A DNA stretch of 64,000 nt, taken from the NCBI GenBank assembly GCA_965248575.1, contig CBDFJQ010000002.1:1376001-1440000 (forward strand), read 5' to 3'. Source of the DNA: Planctomycetota bacterium. GTDB taxonomy: Bacteria; Planctomycetota; B15-G4. Position 1 is the stretch's first letter; each line of letters starts with the position of its first letter. The position numbers and the translations under genes are program-made. The notes under the pieces are model-generated. The model was not told the origin of the DNA, did not search any database, and saw nothing but the letters and a program-made list of their open reading frames with translations. Of this stretch, positions 17,947 to 26,902 are shown one piece after another.

Positions 17947-19017
17947 CTACGTTCTCAAATTCAGACCGCGGCGGCCAAACCAACGAAAGACGCCATCCAC
18001 CTCGCACATCACCTCGGACAGATCGCTGTCTTCATTCACCGCGATGCGCTTGAGGTCCAGCAGGGGCGTGGCGGCGTCATTCAGTCCAGGCATGGCAGTC
18101 GTCGAGCTGCGAAAGCCCAGCTCTTCGAGGATCGAGCGCGTCTCCTCGTTGTAGTCCCATGTCCTGCCGTAGGGATAGGCGAAGGACGCGATGCTGTGGC
18201 CCAACCAGGATTCCAGGTCGCGCAGTGAGCCCTCGATCTCCAGGCGCTGCTGCGTGGCATCCAGCGACGAAAGAATCAGGTGGTTCACGGTGTGGGCTCC
18301 GATCTCCACCCCTGCCTTGTCCAGAGCCCGACACTCATCCGGGCCGAGATAGACATGGCTCGCCAGCTCGGCATCCACCCCCCCCAGGTCCGAGAAGATA
18401 CGCGCCAGGATGGTGTCCCGCTCCTTGGGCGTGACCTCGTACTTCAGCAGGCGTTTCATCTCGTACTCGGCGGCAACGTCATCCTTGGGCAGGCTTCGCA
18501 GGTCCTCTCGCAGATGTTGCTTGTCCACCTGCTGGGCGAGACGCTCGGCGAGGTCGTGTGCCCCTCCCAAGTGCAGTGCCCAGAAGTAATGATGGAGCCA
18601 GTTGAGACGCCCCTTCATGGGACCGGTCTGAACGTAGATCGTCGCCGTAGCCCCCATGGACTGGAGCAGGGGCAGCAAGACGTCGTGGTTGTCGAGGTAG
18701 CCGTCATCGAAGGTCAGCACCACCGCATCGGAAGGCACGGCCCCCGATTGCAACTCGTCCACCATCTGGTCCACGGTGCACGTTCGATAACCAGCCGCCT
18801 GAAGCATGCGTAGCAGGCGCCGCAACTTGGCCTCACTGATCTTCATGTGCCCTGGCAGATAATCCGTCTCCGCGGGGCTGCCCACGTTGTGGAACATGAG
18901 GATGGGCACTCCCTCCCGCGACGCCCGGAACAGCGACCTCAAGCCCGTCAGGTGGAAGGCCTTGGCCACGAAGGTGGAGAGCCAACGCTTGAGTGTGTGT
19001 TTCATCGAGTTCTGCAT
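17947..19017 (-). CDS. Polysaccharide deacetylase (NodB/CE4-like)
   Basis: ILMFH, VVLTFDDGYLDN, IGAHTVNH, SFAYPYG. Start taken at MQNSM (19017). Confidence 0.88.
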   Translation of the reverse strand: MQNSMKHTLKRWLSTFVAKAFHLTGLRSLFRASREGVPILMFHNVGSPAETDYLPGHMKISEAKLRRLLRMLQAAGYRTCTVDQMVDELQSGAVPSDAVVLTFDDGYLDNHDVLLPLLQSMGATATIYVQTGPMKGRLNWLHHYFWALHLGGAHDLAERLAQQVDKQHLREDLRSLPKDDVAAEYEMKRLLKYEVTPKERDTILARIFSDLGGVDAELASHVYLGPDECRALDKAGVEIGAHTVNHLILSSLDATQQRLEIEGSLRDLESWLGHSIASFAYPYGRTWDYNEETRSILEELGFRSSTTAMPGLNDAATPLLDLKRIAVNEDSDLSEVMCEVDGVFRWFGRRGLNLRT

Positions 19018-19048
19018 GACGAAAGCTTCGAGAGGTGGTTCGGCGGCA

Positions 19049-20176
19049 TCAGGCGGACAGATGTTCGGCGTCCCGGTCACCATCGGCCAGATGCCAGCGG
19101 GAGATGTCGCCATCCTCCGGACGAGCATCCTTGCGACAAGCACGCACGATGAATGGGAAACGATCCCTGAACAGTTTACTGCCCGAGGGCTCAGGCCAGC
19201 CGAGCTCTCGCAAGGTGGCGGCTGCTGGGTGGTGTAGAAAACAGAGGGCCGTGGCCTCCAGCATCCCGCGTGCATGGCCCATGGCGGTGAAGGCCAGCAG
19301 CAGCTCCCGTCGAGCCGCCTCGTCCCGGGCGACGTGATCCACAAGGAAGGCATTGCCACCGTGGAACTCCACGACGAGCAGGCCGTCGAGCCGCGCAGCC
19401 CGCGCCCCGCCCGCTGCTGCCGACACAGCCTCGCCAGGGGCGGGCAACACGTAGCACTCCTGGCGGCCGCTTGGGGTGTCCACGTAGCGCCAGTTGAGCC
19501 AAGCCGCGTCGCGCTCCCCCACCAGCCCCTGGCAGGGCATGGCCGCTTCGCAGAGCTCATCGACGGATTCGGTCAATCCAACGACCCCATCGAAGCGAGC
19601 GACCCGGGTCAGGGGAGAGTGCCAAGCCTCGAATCTCTTGCGATCCCGCCGAAAGCGCCAGCCATCCAGGAGCGGCGCCAACTGCGCAGCCAGTGGCGCC
19701 ACGCGCCCCAGTCGACGCAACCCCCGCTCGCTGCGATACCCGTAGCGGAACACGGAGGCTTGTCCGATGTCTTCCCAGCCGTTGCCCAGGAAGCCCGTGT
19801 AGGAGAGACGCCCTGAATAAGCGAACACCCACGGGATGCCCATCTCCCCGGCGGCCTCACACACGATGTCATCCAGCCCCGTGAAGATGCCCTGCCGTCG
19901 GGCCTCCGGAGCGACCATGGCATCGGAAGCCTGCATCAGGAGCAGGGGCTGGCCGTCCCGCCGGAATCTCCGCGGCACATAGCTGTAGGCACCCACCACC
20001 TTTCCCCGCCCGTCCACGGCCACACGCGAGATGGCCGGACCATGGGGGTTCTTTGCATACTTCCAGTCGAAGGTGTCGACCTGCTTGTCCTTCCGGAAGC
20101 AAGCGTTGAACAGCCGACACTGGTCCTCGCGGTCAGCCGCACCGGCCTCGCGCCAGGTCCAGGGGCGTTCGCTCAT
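19049..20176 (-). CDS. GNAT-family acyltransferase (tandem GNAT-like)
   Basis: FDWKYAKNPHG, DAMVAPEARRQGIF (acyl-CoA motif), RDAAWLNWRY, C-terminal GDRD. ATG 20176 is coupled to the upstream stop. Confidence 0.8.
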   Translation of the reverse strand: MSERPWTWREAGAADREDQCRLFNACFRKDKQVDTFDWKYAKNPHGPAISRVAVDGRGKVVGAYSYVPRRFRRDGQPLLLMQASDAMVAPEARRQGIFTGLDDIVCEAAGEMGIPWVFAYSGRLSYTGFLGNGWEDIGQASVFRYGYRSERGLRRLGRVAPLAAQLAPLLDGWRFRRDRKRFEAWHSPLTRVARFDGVVGLTESVDELCEAAMPCQGLVGERDAAWLNWRYVDTPSGRQECYVLPAPGEAVSAAAGGARAARLDGLLVVEFHGGNAFLVDHVARDEAARRELLLAFTAMGHARGMLEATALCFLHHPAAATLRELGWPEPSGSKLFRDRFPFIVRACRKDARPEDGDISRWHLADGDRDAEHLSA

Positions 20177-21402
20177 CGGATGCCCGCCGGAGCGTCCACC
20201 CGCCCCCCGCCCAGCATCTTCACGGCCCGTTCTACGTCCGAGACCGACAGCTCGTTGTTCCAACACCCGGCACCGGCCCGCGCCTCGTCCAGGCCCGGCT
20301 TGCCCTCACCTTGGGCACCCGCGTGCTGCACCAGCACCTGGGGTCGGACGGCGATGCGCCGGTCTGCAAACCAGCGTTGCCAGGCAGAGAGCATGGGGCG
20401 CGTCTGTCCGCTACGACCGAGGACGTGCAGCACCACGGCAGACATGCCCGTCACCCGCACGGCCTCGACGGCACCTTCCAGACGCGGACGGACCGGGTCG
20501 TCCATGGGCGTCCGAGCCTCGGCCTCGATGTCCTCAGGCGAGACGACGAGCACTTCCTTGCAACCTCCTTGGGCCAAGGTCAGCACGAACGACGGCGAGA
20601 CGTGATCGGCACGCACACGACAGCTCCAGGGCACACCCGGCGCCGCACCAAACATGCCCCGTGCCACCTCGTCAGTGAACTCCTGGTCCCGGCCGAGATC
20701 GCGATCGTCGAACACCAGCGCGCGGCAGCCGGAGCGCGTCACGGCATGCCGAACCTCTCGGAAGGTGTGGTCGGGGTCATCCCGCAGGGGACCGACGGTC
20801 GTCGTGCGCTGGCCATTGGTCATGCGCGCCGCATAGGCATCCAACGCGAACAACTGCCAGGCCGGCAAAATGTCGTTCTCGCGATCCGACTCCGCAAGAT
20901 CGGTGACGTCCACGTCGCACTGCAGCCGCCCTCCATCGAGGCGGGCGAGACCGGGCGTGGACGGTGAGAATTCCCGCGCGAGGCTCTCGCCGACCGGCCC
21001 CAGCATGACCCCTTCCAAATTGGGCAGCAGGGCCATGAGCTCTGCGCCGTAGCGATGGGCCAGGGGGCCACAGGCCAAGACCGGCGCGGGCCAATCCCAG
21101 CCGCTCAGGAGGCTGATGAGCGGACGGGCATCGGGTACGGGGTTCTGGGCCACCGTACTGCCCCCCGCATGCAACAACACGAGGTCGGGGCGCCACATCT
21201 TGAGTTCACGGCGCACAAGCCGGTGCCCCAGCTGCTCGGAGTCCTGGTCGAGAACGCGCACTTCCGCGCCGTGGCGCAGAAGCCGGGCGCTCATCATGGC
21301 CACATCCCACGAGGGTGGGCCCACGGTCTCGGCCGTTGCGAGGCGAAGGCCACGCTGAGGGCCCTTGGTCACGACGATCATGACGCGCCAGCGTCTCTTC
21401 AC
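20173..21402 (-). CDS. Degenerate B12-radical-SAM-like protein lacking the CxxxCxxC motif
   Basis: Aligns by eye with the neighbouring rSAMs (GPPSWDVAMMSA~YPPLDLLYVAA; ILPAWQLF~IPFPAWEML; LVFDD~VLFID; WSCRVRAD~MSCETRVD; LAQGGC~MARGGC), but the SRGCPxxCxxC segment is absent. Intact 409-aa ORF. Confidence 0.7.
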   Translation of the reverse strand: MKRRWRVMIVVTKGPQRGLRLATAETVGPPSWDVAMMSARLLRHGAEVRVLDQDSEQLGHRLVRRELKMWRPDLVLLHAGGSTVAQNPVPDARPLISLLSGWDWPAPVLACGPLAHRYGAELMALLPNLEGVMLGPVGESLAREFSPSTPGLARLDGGRLQCDVDVTDLAESDRENDILPAWQLFALDAYAARMTNGQRTTTVGPLRDDPDHTFREVRHAVTRSGCRALVFDDRDLGRDQEFTDEVARGMFGAAPGVPWSCRVRADHVSPSFVLTLAQGGCKEVLVVSPEDIEAEARTPMDDPVRPRLEGAVEAVRVTGMSAVVLHVLGRSGQTRPMLSAWQRWFADRRIAVRPQVLVQHAGAQGEGKPGLDEARAGAGCWNNELSVSDVERAVKMLGGGRVDAPAGIR

Positions 21403-21415
21403 GGCAATCCGCCCT

Positions 21416-22669
21416 CTAGTGACTCATCAAATCGCGGTGGACGGCTTCCACCGCATCCAGCTGCTTCTCCAAGCTAAACATCTGAGAAGCCCGCATGCGC
21501 CCCGCCGCCCCCATTCGTTTGGCCAGAGCGGGGTTCAGCAGCAGGCGCCGCAGCCGGTCGGCCATGACCGCCGTCTGCAGGGGGTTCACCAGGAAGCCCG
21601 TCTCACCATCCACCACCACGTCCGAGGGACCGCCCCACATGGAGGCCACCACGGGCCGCCCGGCAGCCATGGCCTCCAGATTCACCAGGCCAAAGGACTC
21701 GAAGCAGAGCGAAGGGCTGACCACCACGGACGCCAGGGAGAAGGCCGCGGCCAGCTCGTCACCTGTCAACCAACCGGTGCGGACGAGCCGTTCGGCCCCC
21801 AGTCCATTGCGCTCGGCCAGGGCCAGCATCTCCTCGAAGAAGCCCGGCAAGGCATCGCCCACCAACAGCAGGACCAGATCGGGCACATCCTGCACCAGGG
21901 CGGCCAGGGACTCGACCAACTCGAGCCCTCCCTTGAGCCTGTCGATGCGCCCCCCATAGAGCACGCAGGGCTGGCCAGCGACACCTAGGCGCTCCGCCAG
22001 CTGGCGCGCTACATCAGCCTTTGGCACTGCAACCGCAGGGGGAGCGGCATTGAAGACCGTCGTGCAGGGCCCGATACCGCTCTGCGCCAGGGCAGCCCCC
22101 ATCTCGTCGCTTACGGCCAGCAAGCGATCCACATCCGACGCCAGCACCTTCTTGATGCGCCCATTGCGCAGCGGATTGAAGCGGCCGCGCACGCAAACGG
22201 CACACTTCAGGAGGCCATTCCGATAGGGAACGGGATCGCCCGGCTCGAGCCGCTCGTCCAGGTGACAGAACAGCTTCTGGTGGCACACGGGCATGATGTC
22301 ATGCACGTGCAGGATCGTCCTGCAACCCGCAGACCCTGCGGCTGCAAGGGCAGCGTAGCTCAGGTGGATGTGCAGGTTGTGCACGTGAACGATCTCTGGC
22401 CGCACCTCGGCCACCACGCGCTGCATGGCCGAGACGCCCCCGGGGTTGTCCAGGCTGCGCCAAGCCTTCCAACGGGGGTTGTAGGTCGGCGTGTACTCCA
22501 GGTGCACATCGACCCCGTTCTCGGTCCAGCGGCGAGCCTCAGCAGGCTTCTGGGTCGTAGCCAGGAAGGAGACCTCATGCCCCCGACTGGCCAGCCCCTC
22601 CGCCATGCGGACCGCGACCCCCGCAGCTGAGGAACGCCCATAGAGATCGTTCGCGACGAGCAGCTTCAT
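21416..22669 (-). CDS. Glycosyltransferase family 4 (GT-B)
   Basis: VHVHNLH, GRIDRLKG, PSLCFESFGLVNLEAMAAGRPVV. Confidence 0.92.
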   Translation of the reverse strand: MKLLVANDLYGRSSAAGVAVRMAEGLASRGHEVSFLATTQKPAEARRWTENGVDVHLEYTPTYNPRWKAWRSLDNPGGVSAMQRVVAEVRPEIVHVHNLHIHLSYAALAAAGSAGCRTILHVHDIMPVCHQKLFCHLDERLEPGDPVPYRNGLLKCAVCVRGRFNPLRNGRIKKVLASDVDRLLAVSDEMGAALAQSGIGPCTTVFNAAPPAVAVPKADVARQLAERLGVAGQPCVLYGGRIDRLKGGLELVESLAALVQDVPDLVLLLVGDALPGFFEEMLALAERNGLGAERLVRTGWLTGDELAAAFSLASVVVSPSLCFESFGLVNLEAMAAGRPVVASMWGGPSDVVVDGETGFLVNPLQTAVMADRLRRLLLNPALAKRMGAAGRMRASQMFSLEKQLDAVEAVHRDLMSH

Positions 22670-22749
22670 CGCCGCTCGACGGGGCCCCGTCGCCCCGACC
22701 GTCGTTCAACCTGTCCTGCAAGCCGTCCTGCAACAACGACCACGTCAGC

Positions 22750-24207
22750 TCAGATCTCGGGGAAGTCGCTGGACACGGGAGCCTGGGTCTTGCCCAGCTT
22801 GAACGCACGGGCCACGCGCGCCTTGCCCTCGTCATCCCAGTTCTCGATGTAGTAACGAATCCGGGCCCAGTAGCGCTTCGCGCGCGAGGGGAAGGAGTCG
22901 TACCAGGCCTCATAGTCTTCCACGAGGCTGCGCTTGATGCGGTTCAGCTCATCGTTGCTGAAGTTCTCATGCATGTAGGGCGAGCGGTCCGAGTCCACGT
23001 ATTCGGTGCGCACGAGTTCCGGGTCGATGCGGTCCGCGTATTGCTCAAAGGAGGCAGTGGCCGTGAGCGGATTGAACAAGGACGTGCGCACACGGTCCGG
23101 CATCGCCGCCCGGATCCCGCGTGCCGTCTCTTCGATGTCCTCCATGGTCTCGCCGGGCGTCCCGACGATCAGGAAGACCTTCGACCAGATGCCTGCGCGA
23201 CGGGTCATCTTCAGGCACTCGACCACCTTCTCGGCCTTGTAGTCCTTGATCAGCGTGTCGAGGCTGCGCTGGCTCACGGATTCCACACCGAAGTACATCC
23301 GGTTGAAGCCGGCCTTCTTCATGGTGCGGGCCATGTCGTAGTCGATCATGTCCACGCGCGTCTCGCAGGACATGTTCAACTTCAGGCCACGCTTCATGAT
23401 CCCTTCGCAGAGGTCGTAGACGCGCTGCTTCTGGCAGGTGAACAGCTCGTCGATGAACAGCACGTTGCCCGGTTCGTAGGTGTCCGAGATCTCCTGCAGC
23501 TCGTCCAGGATGTTCTCGACCGAACGCGTGCGGAATCCACGGCCCGTCAACTCCTTCTGGCAGAACACACAGCGGAAGGGGCAGCCGCGACTGGTGAAGA
23601 TGTAGAACAGCTTCTCCTTGTTCATCGCGGAGTAGCGCGGGAAGGGAAGCATCTCCCAGGCCGGGAACGGGATGCGGTCCAGGTCCTTGATGAGCGGGGG
23701 CTGGGGGTTGGCGTGCCGCGTGCCGTCTGCCTTGTTGAAGGCGATACCGGGCACCGACTCCAGGGCATCGCGGCCCTGGTCGACACCGCGGGCGAAGTCG
23801 ACGATGGAATCCTCGGCCTCACCACCGATGACATAGTCGATAGCGCTGCCGGCATCCAGGAAGGTGTCCACGTCGACGGTGGCGTGCGGGCCGCCCATGA
23901 CGGTGATCACTTCGGGCCGCGCCTGCTTCGCCTTCTCGGCGTAGCGGATGGCACGGTTCACGTGCGGCGTGAGCGCTGACAAGCCCAGGATGTCTGCCTT
24001 GGAGATGTACTCATCCACCTCGGCGGCGGTGCAGACGCGCTCGTCGCAGCACTCCACGTCGCAACCCGCCTCACGCAGGATGGCGGACAGGTAGATGATG
24101 CCCAAGGGCATGGCGATGAAGAAGTCGTCCTGCCCCGGAGGGGTGACATACATCAGGATGATCTTCTTCTTGGTGACGGGGGCGCTAGGCGCGTTGTCGC
24201 TCATCAA
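22750..24207 (-). CDS. B12-binding-domain radical SAM protein
   Basis: MPLGIIYL, VMGGPHAT, IGGEAE, TSRGCPFRCVFC, FGVES, IVGTPGET. Confidence 0.92.
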   Translation of the reverse strand: MMSDNAPSAPVTKKKIILMYVTPPGQDDFFIAMPLGIIYLSAILREAGCDVECCDERVCTAAEVDEYISKADILGLSALTPHVNRAIRYAEKAKQARPEVITVMGGPHATVDVDTFLDAGSAIDYVIGGEAEDSIVDFARGVDQGRDALESVPGIAFNKADGTRHANPQPPLIKDLDRIPFPAWEMLPFPRYSAMNKEKLFYIFTSRGCPFRCVFCQKELTGRGFRTRSVENILDELQEISDTYEPGNVLFIDELFTCQKQRVYDLCEGIMKRGLKLNMSCETRVDMIDYDMARTMKKAGFNRMYFGVESVSQRSLDTLIKDYKAEKVVECLKMTRRAGIWSKVFLIVGTPGETMEDIEETARGIRAAMPDRVRTSLFNPLTATASFEQYADRIDPELVRTEYVDSDRSPYMHENFSNDELNRIKRSLVEDYEAWYDSFPSRAKRYWARIRYYIENWDDEGKARVARAFKLGKTQAPVSSDFPEI

Positions 24208-24224
24208 TCTACCACTCGGTCAGT

Positions 24225-25673
24225 TCAGCCACGTCTGGGGACAGTCTGCTCTCGCGCCGGATCGTCAGGCGCCCCAGAGGCGTCTGCTGCACCGGCACTC
24301 CCCCCGGCCCTGGCCTTCATTCTGGCTGGAGCACGGCGAAAGTAGACGAATATGTATACCAGATGAAAAAGGACAACGACCTGGCCGAAGCCCGCCGCCG
24401 CTGCAGCTCCCTTCGGCCCCCAGGCCGTCGTAGCTAAAAAGATCCCAACGGTCATCAGGGTGGAATACAGCAGGTTCTGGATCACGCAATGCCGCATGCG
24501 GTTCGCGTAGATGTAGAACGGCTCCACGATCACGGCGAAGCCGGTGAACAGATAGCCGGAGGCCAGCAACAGGTAGATCTCGAAGGATCCTGCGTATCGG
24601 CTGCCGTATCCGTAGGTGATGACCAGCCAGACGAAGGGGATCGAGAGCAGCGTCGCCCCGATGGCCAAGCCGCCTGCCGTCAGCGAAAGGCGCCGCAGCA
24701 TGCCCCCCAGCTTGTCGATGGGAACATCCGACTGACCCATCTTCAGACCCAGGGTCGGCAAGATGTTCGTACCAATCGCTCCGATGGCCCCGCCCAGCAC
24801 CATGGTCAGCACGCTGCCCACCTTGTAGACCCCGTTGTCCTCCATGCCCTCCACCGCCATGGCGTTGGCCGCGGCCACGGCGGGGATGAAGATCATGCCG
24901 AGCCGGGGCACCACGGCGGCCATGGACTTGCCGAGGGCCAGGAGGAAGGAGAGGCCAAAAAAAGTGGAAAGGGGAGCCTTGGGAATGGCCCGCAGCACCT
25001 TCCGGAAGGGTGGCGGCGCCAGATTGGGGTGCAGCTTGCGAGCCCAGCGATAGACGAACAGCCCGGCCACGCCCGACAGGATTCCATGGGCCACGAAGGC
25101 CCAGGCCGCCGAGGTGGGTGTCGCACTCACCCACAGAGCCCCCGAGACGAGGCCCACACGCAAGATGTTCGTGGCCATGTCAAAGGTGGCGTAGGTCCGC
25201 ATCTGCCGCGTGCCGTTGAAGATCGCCAGCGTCAGGCTGCGCAGGATCTCCCCCACGACCGCCAGCGACAACACCGCCGCCACCGCACCCACGTCGCGGT
25301 CGTCCAGGAACCTCTCGGCGAGCGCCGGCGCCGCGAACCAGGCCAGGAGCAAGACCCCCACGGACATCAGGGCGCCCAGCTTCAGCAGCGCCGCCAGCGC
25401 TTGGATGCTTCCCCCCTCGTCACTCAGCCCCTTCGCCTTGCTGTAACGGGACACGGCGGCGTTGGTGAGACCGAGGTTCACCAGGAAGAACAAGAACATG
25501 TAGAGCTCGCGCGATGTGGTCCATCGGCCGAACTCGTATTCGGACAACATGCGCGTCGTGATCAGCGACGTCACGAGATAGGTCGCGCTCTGGACAAGGC
25601 TCGCGCCTTGCAAGACCAGCGTGTCACGTACGAACTTCTTCTGGCCGAAGGCCTTGATGCGATGACGGATCAC
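24225..25673 (-). CDS. Wzx-like oligosaccharide flippase (MOP superfamily)
   Basis: About 12 TM segments, RMLSEYEFG and NLGL motifs, glycan-locus context. Confidence 0.8.
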   Translation of the reverse strand: MIRHRIKAFGQKKFVRDTLVLQGASLVQSATYLVTSLITTRMLSEYEFGRWTTSRELYMFLFFLVNLGLTNAAVSRYSKAKGLSDEGGSIQALAALLKLGALMSVGVLLLAWFAAPALAERFLDDRDVGAVAAVLSLAVVGEILRSLTLAIFNGTRQMRTYATFDMATNILRVGLVSGALWVSATPTSAAWAFVAHGILSGVAGLFVYRWARKLHPNLAPPPFRKVLRAIPKAPLSTFFGLSFLLALGKSMAAVVPRLGMIFIPAVAAANAMAVEGMEDNGVYKVGSVLTMVLGGAIGAIGTNILPTLGLKMGQSDVPIDKLGGMLRRLSLTAGGLAIGATLLSIPFVWLVITYGYGSRYAGSFEIYLLLASGYLFTGFAVIVEPFYIYANRMRHCVIQNLLYSTLMTVGIFLATTAWGPKGAAAAAGFGQVVVLFHLVYIFVYFRRAPARMKARAGGSAGAADASGAPDDPAREQTVPRRG

Positions 25674-26902
25674 GAGCGGGCCCGCCTCCCGCGCACGGCG
25701 GCGAGTTCTGCGTAGATGTCCGCCACGCGGTTAGCAGCCCGCTCCCAGGTCTGGCCCTTGGCGCGCTCCAGGCCCGCGCGCCCCATGCTGCGTGCCCTCT
25801 CGTCGTTCTCCAGCAACAGACACAGGGCCTCGGCGAGTCCTGCCAGATCGTCGCGGCTGCGGAGGAAGCCGTTCTCCCCGTCGGTGATGGCGTCCTCGGC
25901 CCCGCTGTCCAGCACACCCACCACAGGCCGGCCGGCGGCGCCGGCCTCCAGGAACACGAGGCCGAAAGCTTCGAAGCCCCCTTCCTTGCTCGTCTGGGGA
26001 GTGAGCATGAAGGCCTGCGCTCCACGCATGAGGGCGACCTTGCGGCCCTCGGTCACATTCCCCAGGAAGTGCACATGCTCCTGGGCCCCCGCCGCCTCGA
26101 TCTGCGCCAGGAGGCCCTGGTAGTACGGGTCCTGCTCGGCGAAGCGCCCCACGATCACGAAGTGTGCCGACGGGCAACGCTCCCAGGCCTTGAGGAAGGC
26201 TGGCAGGGAGGTCTCATAGCCCTTGCGCTGCTTCACCTCGCCCACGCACAGGATGTACGGTTCGGGCACTTCGGGCGTCTCGCCGCGCGCGGCCAGCACG
26301 TCGTAATCGTCCGGCACGCAACCGTAGGGCACCACTTCCGCGTCGCCCGGGTCCACGACCCGCTCCACCTGGCGCAGGGCGAAGCGCGCACCCATCAGGA
26401 AGCGGTCGGCTCGCTTGTACATCCAGTTCAGGAGGTTCTGGTGAATGGGCATGGCGGCGGGAGTCACGGAGTAGGTGCCGTGACCGCTCACCACCACCGG
26501 GCGACCGGAGAGCACCCCGACGAGAACTGCCACGAAGCCCAGCGGGTAGTCGGACAGGCTGTGCACCACATCCGCGCGCCGCGCCGCGCGCACGAGCATG
26601 GGCAAGCTGCTGAACACCAACCACGCCAACTTGGGCAGGTTCAGGAAGGGGAAGTGGTTCATGGGCAACAGCGGATAGACCGTGACCCCCTTGCGCGGCA
26701 TGTCGCTGGCGAAGCCCCGGTGCCCACGCCCGATGTACAGCTCGAGACCGGAACAACGCGGAATCAGGTAGCGCAGGGTCGACACGCTGTAGCGCCCCAC
26801 GCCGTCCACCTCGGAAAGCGAATGGGTCAGCACCATGACCCGAGGCTTGGCTGCATCTCCGGTCCCGGTATCGACGTTGGTCTCGAGCTCTGGCTTGCTC
26901 AT
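25670..26902 (-). CDS. Glycosyltransferase family 4
   Basis: VGEVKQRKG, FEAFGLVFLEAGAAGRPVV, DGENGFL. ATG 26902 overlaps the upstream TGA. Confidence 0.9.
   Translation of the reverse strand: MSKPELETNVDTGTGDAAKPRVMVLTHSLSEVDGVGRYSVSTLRYLIPRCSGLELYIGRGHRGFASDMPRKGVTVYPLLPMNHFPFLNLPKLAWLVFSSLPMLVRAARRADVVHSLSDYPLGFVAVLVGVLSGRPVVVSGHGTYSVTPAAMPIHQNLLNWMYKRADRFLMGARFALRQVERVVDPGDAEVVPYGCVPDDYDVLAARGETPEVPEPYILCVGEVKQRKGYETSLPAFLKAWERCPSAHFVIVGRFAEQDPYYQGLLAQIEAAGAQEHVHFLGNVTEGRKVALMRGAQAFMLTPQTSKEGGFEAFGLVFLEAGAAGRPVVGVLDSGAEDAITDGENGFLRSRDDLAGLAEALCLLLENDERARSMGRAGLERAKGQTWERAANRVADIYAELAAVRGRRARS

Noticed and set aside
17947..19560. Long N-terminal extensions given by the ORF track (537-aa deacetylase; also 7907, 8812, 30375, 16918, 53616 and 3213 starts)
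   Set aside because: The extensions overlap neighbouring genes in other frames. Downstream starts with stop/start coupling or SD sequences fit better, so these are not fusions or frameshifts.
20173..21402. Calling the Cys-less rSAM-like ORF a pseudogene
   Set aside because: The frame is open and full length with coupled boundaries, and the deletion is in frame and limited to the cluster loop. It is kept as a CDS.
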